Positions 37,780 through 48,264 are shown, numbered from the stretch's first letter. The stretch: DNA of 64,000 bases from Actinomycetes bacterium (GCA_030614915.1 JAUXAG010000011.1:26516-90515), one strand, 5' to 3'. Numbers and translations are program-made. Notes: generated from the sequence alone by a model not told the origin.

Positions 37780-39075
37780 TTATTCCGTTACGCGCTGGAT
37801 TCGCGCCCCCAGGGCGTTGAGTTTCTCCTCGATGCGTTGATAGCCGCGGTCTATGTGATATACTCGGCGGACCTCGGTAGTGCCCTCGGCTACCAACCCA
37901 GCCAACACCAACGCGGCGCTGGCTCGTAAGTCCGAGGCCATCACCGGTGCCCCCACCAGTTTTTTGACTCCGCAAACCACCACGGCTGGGCCCTGCTTGC
38001 GCAACTGGGCTCCCATTCGCCCCAGCTCGCCCACGTGCATGAAGCGGTCTGGAAACACCTTGTCGGTCACTACGCTGTTGCCGTCAGCCAAGCAGAGCAT
38101 AGCCAGCAATTGGGCCTGCAAATCCGTCGGAAACCCCGGATACGGCTGCGTCGTCACATCTATCGCCCTGAGCTTGCGACCCGTCTTGACTACCACCGCA
38201 CCAGCTTTCCCATGTCCGCCGCCGCTGATCTTTTCCACCGTAACCCCGACCAGCCGCAGATTAGCCGTTACCGCCATCATATGATCCAGCTGACAATTCT
38301 TGATCGTAACCTCACCTCTGGTCATACCCGCGGCAATCATAAACGTCCCCGCTTCTATCCGATCCGGGATCAGCGTATGCTCAGCCCCGCCCAGCCGCCT
38401 GACACCTTCGATCCTGATCCTTGGCGAGCCCTGCCCGCTGATCCTCGCGCCCATCTTGTTAAGAAAATCAGCCAAATCCACGATCTCCGGCTCACAGGCA
38501 GCCGACTCGATCACCGTTACCTCCTTAGCCAGACAAGCTGCGCTCATCACGTTAGCCGTGGCCAGCACGCTTGAGCCGAACGGCCCGCCCAGGAACAGCT
38601 CCCGCCCTTTCAATCGTCCAGCTCGCAGAGAGATATTCCCCCCCCTGGTCAGTCTGTACTGGGCACCCATAGCTCGCAGTCCTTGAAGGTGCAGGTCGAT
38701 TGGCCGATCCCCTATGGCGCAGCCGCCCGGCTGAGAGATCAAGGCCTTGCCTCGCTTGGCTACCAGAGGACCCATCACACAGATGCTGGCTCGCATCTGA
38801 CGCACCAGGTCATACCGGGCCAAGTGTTTCGATTCATCCTCCACCTGGACCCGCAAAGTGAACGGATCATTCTCATCCCGTTGGACCTTCACCCCCAGCT
38901 CGCCCAGCAGTCTGCTCAGCCGGATGATATCCACCAATCTGGGCACGCCGTGGATCACCGACTCTTCATTGGTCATCAGGCACGCTGCCAGGATCGGCAA
39001 ACAGGCGTTCTTTGAGCCGCTGACTGTAACCTCTCCCCTGAGCTTCGTTCCGCCTTCGACTATCAGTTTATCCAT
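37780..39075 (-). CDS. murA: UDP-N-acetylglucosamine 1-carboxyvinyltransferase
   Basis: SGSKNA, MRAS, PGGCAIG.RP, DRIEAGT, PGFPTDLQAQ, DLRASA, HIDRGY. Confidence 0.97.
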   Translation of the reverse strand: MDKLIVEGGTKLRGEVTVSGSKNACLPILAACLMTNEESVIHGVPRLVDIIRLSRLLGELGVKVQRDENDPFTLRVQVEDESKHLARYDLVRQMRASICVMGPLVAKRGKALISQPGGCAIGDRPIDLHLQGLRAMGAQYRLTRGGNISLRAGRLKGRELFLGGPFGSSVLATANVMSAACLAKEVTVIESAACEPEIVDLADFLNKMGARISGQGSPRIRIEGVRRLGGAEHTLIPDRIEAGTFMIAAGMTRGEVTIKNCQLDHMMAVTANLRLVGVTVEKISGGGHGKAGAVVVKTGRKLRAIDVTTQPYPGFPTDLQAQLLAMLCLADGNSVVTDKVFPDRFMHVGELGRMGAQLRKQGPAVVVCGVKKLVGAPVMASDLRASAALVLAGLVAEGTTEVRRVYHIDRGYQRIEEKLNALGARIQRVTE

Positions 39076-39169
39076 CCGTCTTACTCCCGCTTTACTCAGA
39101 CCTCTCGCATCACGCCTCAGACCTTACTACTCTGCGAAGCGGCGCTTCGCTGCGAAGCACGAGCAGGCC

Positions 39170-40072
39170 TCAAGCCTTTTTCTCCCCGATTACCACTCGT
39201 TCGTGTCCTTGCAAGTCCCGCACCGTCCGCACTTCGCTCAGATAGCCGGATTGCTCCAGCAGCCCTCGCGCCGCCTGGGCCTGTTCGTGTCCCAGTTCCA
39301 TTAGCAGCTTGCCCCGCTCTGCCAGATAGCCCTCGGCTCCATCGACAATTCTTCGATGCACCGCCAGGGCCTCGTCCCTCCCCAGCAGCGCCACTCGAGG
39401 CTCGTACTCGCGAACCTCGCGGGGCAAGTCCGGTATTTCTTCGGGCGATATGTACGGCGGATTGGAAACGATAAAGTCAAAACCGCCCGGACGCTTGCCC
39501 TCCTCGCTCAGGGCTTCAAACAGATCTCCTTGGACGAATCTAATACGTTCGCCAAGTTTGTGCTTCTGGGCATTGTCTTTAGCCACCGCCAGGGCCGACC
39601 CGGATATGTCCGTAGCCACCACCTCGGCGTGGGGCAAATTCTTAGCCAAGGCAATAGCTACGCAGCCCGAGCCTGTGCCTATTTCCAGTATCCCCGGATT
39701 GGCAAAGTGGCTGGTTCGGCAGATATTGATCATCTGTTCTACCAGCAGTTCCGTTTCCGGCCGGGGTATCAGAACGTCCGGGTTCACCGAAAATTCCAGC
39801 GAGTAGAAATAGGCCTTGCCCGTCAGATAGCCCACCGGAACCTGCTCGGCTCTAAGTTTTACCAGTTCCCGAAAGCGGGCCACCACCAGCTCCGGCACCG
39901 GCTGCTCGAAGCTGGTATAGAGTTGAATTCGCTCGCACCCCAGGGCATGGGACAGCAGCAACTCAACCGACAAACGGGCTCCCTCTACGCCTTTGTCCTC
40001 CAGATAGCCCCGCGACTTCTCCAGAAGCCGCCCCACAGTCCAGACCTGCTTTAGCTTGCGTTGGCCCGACAC
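39170..40072 (-). CDS. prmC: Release factor glutamine methyltransferase
   Basis: VLIPRPETE, EIGTGSGC, SNPPY. Confidence 0.95.
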   Translation of the reverse strand: MSGQRKLKQVWTVGRLLEKSRGYLEDKGVEGARLSVELLLSHALGCERIQLYTSFEQPVPELVVARFRELVKLRAEQVPVGYLTGKAYFYSLEFSVNPDVLIPRPETELLVEQMINICRTSHFANPGILEIGTGSGCVAIALAKNLPHAEVVATDISGSALAVAKDNAQKHKLGERIRFVQGDLFEALSEEGKRPGGFDFIVSNPPYISPEEIPDLPREVREYEPRVALLGRDEALAVHRRIVDGAEGYLAERGKLLMELGHEQAQAARGLLEQSGYLSEVRTVRDLQGHERVVIGEKKA

Positions 40073-40259
40073 ACCGCACCTGTCCCGTCAAAAAGTGTGT
40101 ATGACATACCTCGCCCCCTCGCTACTATCAGATAACATATTAGCTGGCCAATGGCAAGGCAAAGCCGTGTCCAGCCCTCGGGCCAATCCCGCTCCGACCA
40201 GTCTTCATTCCTCCTCAAGACCGGCGCCGTCCCTGGCAGTGGCGTCTAACAAGGCCCAT

Positions 40260-42077
40260 TCAAAACGGCAGTTTCGCCCTTGGAAAACTAATCTCCTCGC
40301 CAACGGCCGGCGGAACGAACGGCTCGAAATGATCGTCCTTCCATCTTAGCCAGCGCAATGAAGGGTCTTCCAAAGAAACCCCAAACCGGAAACTAGCCTC
40401 CATTACTCGGCCATCATCGCTCAATTCCGTTACTTCAACAGTCATCCCGCTTAGCTCGATCCGTTCGCCCAGGGCCAGGGGGTGATCTGTACTTCGGAAC
40501 ATTTTATCGAACCACCGCCCTAAATATCCCCTCTTCAGACGTACAAGCAGTGTTTGGGCGTCTGGCCGACGGATTGTCTGTCTGGATAAAGCCGATGCAA
40601 GGGTCCTCATTCGGCGAGGAAGCGGTTGTTCGTTCACCGCTCTGGCGCTCAACATGTACAGCAGATGGCCGGGCGCAGGATGGTTCAGAAAAATCAGGTC
40701 CTGTTTCTCAATCGAAGAATCCATCTTGCCGAGCCCATGACAACTCTCCAGGAAGTACTGCGGGCCCATCGGCCACTTCGCACGCACATACAGCAGTACC
40801 GGCGAGCCCAGCACGTGGATTACTACAAGTACTATCGCCAGCAGGACCGTCGGGACCCGTCGGCTCAGTGCGTAATTATCCCGCAGCTGCACGCTTTTAA
40901 ACACCCAGCTCAGATACTCGCTCAGCAAGCCCATCGCACCGATACCGACGAAGAAGAGCTGCCGATCCTGCGGACTGCTCGCACATGGGGCAATGCTGGC
41001 CAGGATCATTCCCAACACCCAGAAACGAGCTACTCGGCTTGCCTTGAGCAGAGGACGAAACAGCACTGCCAATAGTACTAGTACCATCACGCCGATTAGC
41101 CAAACCCAGTGCAGGTTCTGCGGAGAAAAAATACTGAATTCCCCCGGAGGAATTGCCCACTGTCCCAGCAGCAAAATCGGCACGCGCACAGGCAGCACAA
41201 ACAAGAAGCCAAGCGGATCCGCCAGCGGATCCGTATAGATGCCCACCCCTTCGACCCCGTAGCCTTGGTACCACCAGAGTACTCGCCAGACACACACCAC
41301 CAGCACATACGGCATCAGCCCCTTGAGTCTTTGCCCGGCAGGCCCACGATCCAGCACAAGCGCATAACCCAGCAGATAGGCGCAAATGCCGATACCGGCC
41401 TCAGCCGACAGCAAACTCATGCCTAAAAGAATCGGCCCCAACGCCGCACCGGCTCGCCAATTATCTCGCCGCCAGCGATCCTGAGCGAGCAGGGCAAGAA
41501 CCCCAAACAACGTGGCCAATAGTGCGTTGCGGTTAGCCAAAAAACCCACCGCCGTGCCGTGCGAATCATCAAGGGCGTAGAGCAGCCCCGCCAATCCAGC
41601 TGCCGCAGCCACGCCCATGAATCGCCGGTATAGCACTGTTGTGCAGCCTATCAGTGCTCCAAACCATAGCAGGCTCTGAGCGTGCATCAGTCCCGCCCGA
41701 TTAGGCCAGAGCCAATAGTCCAACACATGTGTCATAGCAGCCAAGGGCCGCCAGAATGCCCATCGAATTTTCGGATACGTCCACCACGGAATCCAGCCGG
41801 CGTCCATCATCCGTTCGGTCCGTGCTGCATCCCCATCGAAGAATCGCCATATATCCGGCGGGACGGGTAGCAGCTCACCATACTCGCTCGAACCCATCAT
41901 CGCCCAGCGTTGCAGGTGATCTTCCAGGATCCACCCCACCCCCAGCGACGGCAGGGCAAGGCCCATTGCCAGTATTGCCAGTACAATCGGCAAATACCGC
42001 CAAGTCAACACCGCATCCAGCAACCCCGCCAGACCACCGTCAAGCCCTGTTGCCTGAACCTCTGCCTTCATTTGCAT
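40260..42077 (-). CDS. Multi-pass membrane protein, probable GT-C fold glycosyltransferase (copy B)
   Basis: ~11 TM segments, acidic pair (ED) after TM1, FWRPL, LANRN, LSAE; paralog of the adjacent gene. Confidence 0.6.
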   Translation of the reverse strand: MQMKAEVQATGLDGGLAGLLDAVLTWRYLPIVLAILAMGLALPSLGVGWILEDHLQRWAMMGSSEYGELLPVPPDIWRFFDGDAARTERMMDAGWIPWWTYPKIRWAFWRPLAAMTHVLDYWLWPNRAGLMHAQSLLWFGALIGCTTVLYRRFMGVAAAAGLAGLLYALDDSHGTAVGFLANRNALLATLFGVLALLAQDRWRRDNWRAGAALGPILLGMSLLSAEAGIGICAYLLGYALVLDRGPAGQRLKGLMPYVLVVCVWRVLWWYQGYGVEGVGIYTDPLADPLGFLFVLPVRVPILLLGQWAIPPGEFSIFSPQNLHWVWLIGVMVLVLLAVLFRPLLKASRVARFWVLGMILASIAPCASSPQDRQLFFVGIGAMGLLSEYLSWVFKSVQLRDNYALSRRVPTVLLAIVLVVIHVLGSPVLLYVRAKWPMGPQYFLESCHGLGKMDSSIEKQDLIFLNHPAPGHLLYMLSARAVNEQPLPRRMRTLASALSRQTIRRPDAQTLLVRLKRGYLGRWFDKMFRSTDHPLALGERIELSGMTVEVTELSDDGRVMEASFRFGVSLEDPSLRWLRWKDDHFEPFVPPAVGEEISFPRAKLPF

Positions 42078-42133
42078 TTCCCGGACAAATCGGGCTGATA
42101 CCCAAGAAAGTTTAATTCACAACAGCTAGATTA

Positions 42134-43951
42134 TCAGTGCTGAAGCTCTATCGTTTCTCCAATGGCCGGTGGGACGAATGGCTTGAACTGGTGATCCTCC
42201 CAGTAGATCCAGCGCAACGAAGAATCTTCTAAAGGAACCGCAAATCGAAAGGTAGCCTCCGCCGGTCGGCCATCATCCGTCAATTCTGTTACCGTAACGG
42301 TCATCCCTGTCAGTTTGACCTGCTCTCCCAGGGCCATGGGGTGGTTTTTGCCTCGGAAGAGTTGGTCGCACCAGCCTAGATATCCGCCTAGATATCCGTA
42401 TTTGGGACGGATGGTGAGTGTTTGGACATCAGGACGGTGTATTAGCACTGATGGTATCGCTGGGGCGAGAACTCTCATATGGCGTGGCACCGGCTGGTCA
42501 TTCAACTCCCTCATGCAAAGCAGAAAAATAGTGGCTAACGCTGCGGGCTGATTGACGATGACCACGTCCTGCTCTTCAACCGCCCCACCGGCCATGCACT
42601 GAGCGTAGTAATCTTTATCAGGAGTCCATGGACCAAAAGAGTACGCTGCGCGAAGTGGCAGAAGAATTGGGGCCGCGATCATATGAACAAGCACCAGGAC
42701 TAGTGCAAAGGAGACAGTAGCGAAACGCCGAATTAGATTACGTGGCTTGAGAGCTGATGCGCCAAACAGATCGGCCAATAATTGTGCCAGTAATCCCATC
42801 GCCCCGATGCCCACGAAGAACAGAAGACGATCCCAGGCCAACGTCGCGCAGGCAGGAACCACAGCCAGTAGCATTGCCAATGCCCAAAAGCGTGCCAGCC
42901 GACTGCGTCGAAGTAAGGGGACTAATATGGTGCCGATCAACAGGACAATAGCCAGAGCATACAACCACATAGTCGTTGCGTGTCTGGATGTGAGAGTTAT
43001 TAGACTGCCGATTTCCGCGGGAGGCAAAAACCATTGGCCCATCAACAGAAGAGGAGCATATTTGAGAGCTGATCCTGCAAAACGGGTTGGGTCATTTATG
43101 GGATCGATATACCAGCCCATACCCTCGACGCCATAACCCAATTGTGTCCAGCTAATCCGCCAGACGAGGACAACGGCAACGTACGGGACCAGCGTTGCTA
43201 ATCGCCGGCTCCAAGAGCCGCGATCCAGAATAAGCGCATAAGCCACCAAGTACGCGCAGATTCCAACGCCGATTTCAGCCGAGAGCAGGGCTGCCGTCAG
43301 AAGAATTGGGCCCAGAATCGCACCGGCTCGCCAACCGTCCCGCCGCCATCGATCGTGAGCGACCAGGGCAAGAACCCCAAACAACGTGGCCAATACTGCG
43401 TTGCGATTGGCCAAGAAACCTACCGGGATGCCATGGGCGTCATCAATGGCGTAGAGAAGCCCCGCTAATCCCGCTATCCATGTGAAACCCATAAATCTTC
43501 GATACAACAACGCCACAGCCGTTACCAGTAGACCGAACCACACAATGCTTTGAGCATGCATCAAAGCAGGGCTCTCAGGCCAAATTTGGTAGTCCAGCCA
43601 GTGAGTTATCGCTGTCAAAGGACGCCAGAATGCTCCTTTTATCTCTTTGAAAGTCCACCAGGGCAGGAAGCCGTGGTCCATCATATGAGCAGTATGTTCT
43701 GGATTACCGTCAATGAATCGAAAGATGTCCAGGGGGGAGTGTACAAACTCGCTGACGCTGCCCCCGCCAAGTATTACGCTACGATGGAGATAGTCGTCCA
43801 TGAACCACCCCACATTCAGCGACGGAAGGACAAGGGCCATCGCCAGTATGGCCAGCCCAATCGGCAAATACCGCCAAGTCAACACCGCGCGCAAAAACCT
43901 CGCCAGAGCACCGCTAGGCCCCGTTTTCTGAACGTCTGCTCTCATTTGCAT
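42134..43951 (-). CDS. Multi-pass membrane protein, probable GT-C fold glycosyltransferase (copy A)
   Basis: GWFMDDY, FWRPL, LANRN, LSAE, DRLL motifs. Confidence 0.6.
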   Translation of the reverse strand: MQMRADVQKTGPSGALARFLRAVLTWRYLPIGLAILAMALVLPSLNVGWFMDDYLHRSVILGGGSVSEFVHSPLDIFRFIDGNPEHTAHMMDHGFLPWWTFKEIKGAFWRPLTAITHWLDYQIWPESPALMHAQSIVWFGLLVTAVALLYRRFMGFTWIAGLAGLLYAIDDAHGIPVGFLANRNAVLATLFGVLALVAHDRWRRDGWRAGAILGPILLTAALLSAEIGVGICAYLVAYALILDRGSWSRRLATLVPYVAVVLVWRISWTQLGYGVEGMGWYIDPINDPTRFAGSALKYAPLLLMGQWFLPPAEIGSLITLTSRHATTMWLYALAIVLLIGTILVPLLRRSRLARFWALAMLLAVVPACATLAWDRLLFFVGIGAMGLLAQLLADLFGASALKPRNLIRRFATVSFALVLVLVHMIAAPILLPLRAAYSFGPWTPDKDYYAQCMAGGAVEEQDVVIVNQPAALATIFLLCMRELNDQPVPRHMRVLAPAIPSVLIHRPDVQTLTIRPKYGYLGGYLGWCDQLFRGKNHPMALGEQVKLTGMTVTVTELTDDGRPAEATFRFAVPLEDSSLRWIYWEDHQFKPFVPPAIGETIELQH

Positions 43952-44156
43952 TTCCTGGATGAATTACACAGCAGCGTGCTCTTCCCACTGCAGTTAATGA
44001 TAGCAGTCGCCACCTTTCCCGTCAACGAGCCATTCATCTGGCGTGCTGTGTGTTGCCGTTTTGCACACCTATCAGGATTATTGCTGGAAAACGAGGCAAG
44101 ATCAGGCTATTCTATGGCCTCCAAGATGAGGCAATATTCGCAGAGTCGAGGCATCC

Positions 44157-47100
44157 ATGTTTGAGAAAGTAAAATCCCCTTGCGATTTCATCGCCGCCGA
44201 GCACCAGGTTCTGAAGTTCTGGCAGGAGACGGACGCCTTCGAGAAGCTCCGCGCCAAGAACCGCGGCAAAGAGCCCTGGTCCTTCCTGGACGGCCCCATC
44301 ACCGCCAACAACCCCATGGGCGTGCACCATGCCTGGGGCCGAACCCTCAAGGACGTCTTCCAACGCTACTTCGCCATGACCGGCCACGAGCTCCGCTACC
44401 AGAACGGCTTCGACTGCCAGGGCCTCTGGGTCGAGGTCGAAGTCGAAAAGGAGCTCGGCTTCACGTCCAAGAAAGATATCGAAGCCTACGGCCTGGACCG
44501 CTTCGTCGAAAAATGCAAGCAGCGGGTCCGAAAATTCTCCCAGGTCCAGACCGACCAATCCGTCCGCATGGGCTACTGGATGGACTGGTCCGACTCCTAT
44601 TTCACCATGAGCGACGAGAACAACTACACCATCTGGGCCTTCCTCAAGAAGTGCCACGATCGCAACCTCATCTACAAGGGCACTGACGTCATGCCCTGGT
44701 GTCCGCGCTGCGGCGTCGGCCTGAGCCAGATGGAAATGCACGAGGGCTACAAATTCATCCCTCACCGCGCGGTTTTCATCCGTCTGCCCTTGCGCAACCT
44801 CGGCCCCGGCAAGCAAATCCCCACCGGCCAAAAACATTACCTGCTCGTCTGGACCACCACCTCCTGGACCCTGACCGCCAATGTGGCTTGTGCCGTGGCT
44901 AAGGATTTGACCTATCTGAAAGTCCGCGGCCCCGACGATGCCATCTACTATTTCGCCGAGGGCTGCCTCGACTATCAGCGCCTCACCGAGGACTTCAAAA
45001 GCAAGGATTGGCCTAGCAACGTCCCCAAACTCTCAACCATCAAGCACATCTTCGAGCAGCAAGGCCGCTGTGAGATCCTCGCCAAGCTGAAAGGCTCCGA
45101 GCTCCTCGGCTGGGAGTACGACGGCCCCTTCGATGAGCTGCCCGCTCAGCAAAAACCAGGCGGCCTGCCCTTCATCGACAAATCATTTGCCGAAAAAGGC
45201 GCAACCGCCGCCAATACCCATCGTATTATCCATTGGGATTCCGTCCAGGCTGGCGAAGGCAGTGGAATCGTCCACATCGCACCCGGCTGCGGACGAGAGG
45301 ACCACCAATTGGCCGTCGAGCATTCCCTGCCCTGCCTCGCACCACTGGACGAATCCGGTATTTATATCGAAGGCTTCGATTGGCTCACCGGACGAGACGC
45401 CGCCGACCATCAGCTCACCACCGAGATCATCGAAAACCTCAAAGCCAAAGGAATGATGGTTGAGCTCGAGCGCTATCCCCACCGCTATCCGCACTGCTGG
45501 CGGTGCAACACCGAGCTGCTCTACCGGCTCGTTGACGAGTGGTTCATCAGCATGAGCTGGCGCGACGAAATCATGAAAGTCGTCGACGATGTCCGCTGGA
45601 TCCCCTCCTATGGCCGGGACCGCGAAATGGATTGGCTGGCCAACATGCGCGACTGGATGATCTCCAAGAAGCGCTACTGGGGCCTGGCCCTGCCCATCTT
45701 CGAATGCACCTGTGGCCATTTCGAAGTCGTCGGCTCTCGCCAGGAACTCCAGGACCGCGCCGTCGATGGCTGGAAAGAATTCGACGGCAATTCCCCACAT
45801 CGCCCCTGGATAGACGCCGTAAAGATTCGCTGCGAAAAGTGCGGCCAAACCGTCAGCCGAATCCCCGATGTCGGCAATCCCTGGCTCGACGCCGGCATCG
45901 TCCCCTATTCCACCGTCAAGTACCATAGCGACCGCGATTACTGGAGCAAGTGGATCCCCGCCGATCTCGTCCTGGAATGTTTCCCCGGACAATTCCGCAA
46001 CTGGTTCTACGCCCTATTGGCCATGTCGGTGATGATGGAAGGCAAAGCCCCTTTCAAAACCCTCCTCGGCCACGCCCTGGTCCGTGACGAGCAAGGCCAG
46101 GAAATGCACAAGTCCCTCGGCAACTCCATCGCCTTTGAAGAAGCTGCCGAGAAGATGGGCGTTGACGTGATGCGCTGGAGTTTCTGCCGCCAAAATCCAA
46201 GTACCAATCTGAACTTCGGCTACCAGGCCGGCAACCAGATTCGCAACAAGGTCTTCAACACCTTCTGGAACGTCTACACCTTCTTTGCCAACTACGCCCG
46301 CCTGGACGGTTTTGATCCTGCCACTGCCCCAGTCCCCATCGACAAGCGTCAGGACATCGACCGCTGGCTGCTCTCTCGCCTCCACGATTTGACCGCCCTG
46401 GCCAACCGCTGCCTGGCTGATTTCGATACCTTCACTTTTCTCCGCCGGGCTGAGGTCTTCTTCGAGGACCTTTCCAATTGGTACGTACGCCGAAATCGCC
46501 GGCGCTTCTGGCGGCCACGCTCTTCGGACGACACCGACAAACTCGCCGCCTACCAGACCCTCTATCAAACTCTGACCACTCTGGCTAAGCTCCTGGCTCC
46601 GATTACCCCCTTTGTCTGCGAAACCATGTATCAGAACCTGGTCCGCTCCTTTGATTCCAGTGCCCCAGCCAGCATCCATCATTGCAATTATCCCCGCCCC
46701 CAGGACATCCCCCACGACGACACTGTCTGCCATGAAATGGACGCAGCTATCGCCGTCGTCTCCCGGGCCCTGAGTCTGCGGGAAAAGCACAGCCTGCGTG
46801 TCCGCCAGCCGCTGAAGGAGCTCATCGTAAACTCCGACGACCAGCGCACCGCCAGAGCCCTCAGTAATTTCCGCGATCATATCCTCGATGAGCTCAACGT
46901 CAAGACCCTTACCGTTACCAGCGATTTGGCCCAGCGGCAAAAGCTCAGTATCAAGGCGAATTTCAAGACCCTCGGCCCAAAGTACCACCAGGACCTCAAG
47001 GCCATCTCCGCTTGTTTAGCTCAGGCCGACCCCGCCGCCATCGCCGCCGGGGCCGAGGCCGGCCAACAGATCACCCTCGCTGCTGACGCCGGCCAATCTT

Positions 47101-47468
47101 GGACGCTCACCCCCGAGGACATCCTTATAGAAAAATCCTGGCCCGAAGGTCTAGCCGTCGCCGAGCCGCCAGGCCCCATGATTGCCCTGGACATCCAGAT
47201 CACCCCCGAACTCTTCCGCGAGGGCTTGGCTCGCGATCTGGTCCGGCACATCCAGCAGATTCGCAAGGAGATCGACCTGGAAATTCAGGACCACATCACC
47301 GTTACCTACGCCACCGACAGCCCAGAAGTCAGCCGGGCCGTCGCCGAGCACGGCCAATACATCTGCAGCGAAACCCTCTGCGACAACCTCACCCCCGGCC
47401 CCACCGACGACGGCAAGGCAATCACCATTGCTGGCCAATCCGTAACCCTCAAGGTCGGCCGAGTGTGA
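44157..47468 (+). CDS. ileS: Isoleucine--tRNA ligase, type 2 (IleRS2)
   Basis: FLDGPITAN, GFDCQGL.VE, WTTT.WTL, HCWRC, DWMISKKRYWG, WYVRRNRRRFW, VRQPL and EGLARDLVR.IQ (IleRS2 C-terminus). Confidence 0.95.
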   Translation: MFEKVKSPCDFIAAEHQVLKFWQETDAFEKLRAKNRGKEPWSFLDGPITANNPMGVHHAWGRTLKDVFQRYFAMTGHELRYQNGFDCQGLWVEVEVEKELGFTSKKDIEAYGLDRFVEKCKQRVRKFSQVQTDQSVRMGYWMDWSDSYFTMSDENNYTIWAFLKKCHDRNLIYKGTDVMPWCPRCGVGLSQMEMHEGYKFIPHRAVFIRLPLRNLGPGKQIPTGQKHYLLVWTTTSWTLTANVACAVAKDLTYLKVRGPDDAIYYFAEGCLDYQRLTEDFKSKDWPSNVPKLSTIKHIFEQQGRCEILAKLKGSELLGWEYDGPFDELPAQQKPGGLPFIDKSFAEKGATAANTHRIIHWDSVQAGEGSGIVHIAPGCGREDHQLAVEHSLPCLAPLDESGIYIEGFDWLTGRDAADHQLTTEIIENLKAKGMMVELERYPHRYPHCWRCNTELLYRLVDEWFISMSWRDEIMKVVDDVRWIPSYGRDREMDWLANMRDWMISKKRYWGLALPIFECTCGHFEVVGSRQELQDRAVDGWKEFDGNSPHRPWIDAVKIRCEKCGQTVSRIPDVGNPWLDAGIVPYSTVKYHSDRDYWSKWIPADLVLECFPGQFRNWFYALLAMSVMMEGKAPFKTLLGHALVRDEQGQEMHKSLGNSIAFEEAAEKMGVDVMRWSFCRQNPSTNLNFGYQAGNQIRNKVFNTFWNVYTFFANYARLDGFDPATAPVPIDKRQDIDRWLLSRLHDLTALANRCLADFDTFTFLRRAEVFFEDLSNWYVRRNRRRFWRPRSSDDTDKLAAYQTLYQTLTTLAKLLAPITPFVCETMYQNLVRSFDSSAPASIHHCNYPRPQDIPHDDTVCHEMDAAIAVVSRALSLREKHSLRVRQPLKELIVNSDDQRTARALSNFRDHILDELNVKTLTVTSDLAQRQKLSIKANFKTLGPKYHQDLKAISACLAQADPAAIAAGAEAGQQITLAADAGQSWTLTPEDILIEKSWPEGLAVAEPPGPMIALDIQITPELFREGLARDLVRHIQQIRKEIDLEIQDHITVTYATDSPEVSRAVAEHGQYICSETLCDNLTPGPTDDGKAITIAGQSVTLKVGRV

Positions 47469-47479
47469 GATACTACAGT

Positions 47480-47530
47480 CTGTCATTCCCGCGCAGGCGG
47501 GCTTATCACTGCTTTGGCGGTAATCCATCT
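47480..47530. repeat. gtcattcccgcgcaggcggg REP with a 20-nt insert
   Basis: gcggg[cttatcactgctttggcggt]aatcc. Confidence 0.8.
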
Positions 47531-47610
47531 TTGTTTGTTATTTTTTGTCTGTTTTCTTCCTTCGTGTTCTTCGTGCTTATCAGAATCGATCAGTTTGAGG
47601 AATTAGAAAA

Positions 47611-48249
47611 ATGGCTGATATCAAACCGATACGTTTGGGCGTGTTGCTTTCCGGTTCCGGCCGAACCTTAGCCAACATCCTCAAGCTCACTGCCGCCGGA
47701 GAACTTTCCGCCCAGGTAGTCACCGTCATCAGTTCACGTTCCACCGTAAAAGGCGTGCAGATTGCCCGCGATGCCGATTTACCCTGTCATATTATTCGTA
47801 CCAAGGACCACCCGGATGTGGACCAGTTCAGTGCTGGCATTGTCGAGCTGCTCGATGCCGCCAACGTGGACCTTATCATCCAGGCCGGTTGGCTGTGTTA
47901 TTGGAAAATCCCCGACCGCTATCTGGCTCAAGTTATGAACATTCATCCCGCTTTGCTGCCTTCGTTTGGCGGCAAAGGCATGTGGGGCCATCACGTCCAC
48001 GAGGCCGTCCTGGCCGCCGGCTGCAAGGTCTCCGGCTGCACCGTTCATTTCGTCAACAACGAATACGACAAAGGCCCCATCATCCTCCAGCGAACTTGCG
48101 AAGTTGCCGAGGACGACAACGCCGACTCTCTTGCCGCCCGCGTCTTCGAGCAGGAGTGCATCGCCTACCCAGCCGCAATCCAGCTCTTCGCCGAAAACCG
48201 CCTGCAAATCATCCGCAATCGTGTCAAAGTCTTGGCCTCATTAGGCTAA
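47611..48249 (+). CDS. purN: Phosphoribosylglycinamide formyltransferase
   Basis: LLSGSGRTL, NIHPALLPSFGG.GM.G.HVH, GCTVHFV..EYD.GPII. Confidence 0.95.
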   Translation: MADIKPIRLGVLLSGSGRTLANILKLTAAGELSAQVVTVISSRSTVKGVQIARDADLPCHIIRTKDHPDVDQFSAGIVELLDAANVDLIIQAGWLCYWKIPDRYLAQVMNIHPALLPSFGGKGMWGHHVHEAVLAAGCKVSGCTVHFVNNEYDKGPIILQRTCEVAEDDNADSLAARVFEQECIAYPAAIQLFAENRLQIIRNRVKVLASLG

Positions 48250-48264
48250 CCAATGATGACCTAG

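Noticed and set aside
43952-44156. T-box leader before ileS
   Set aside because: No T-box consensus or terminator is visible
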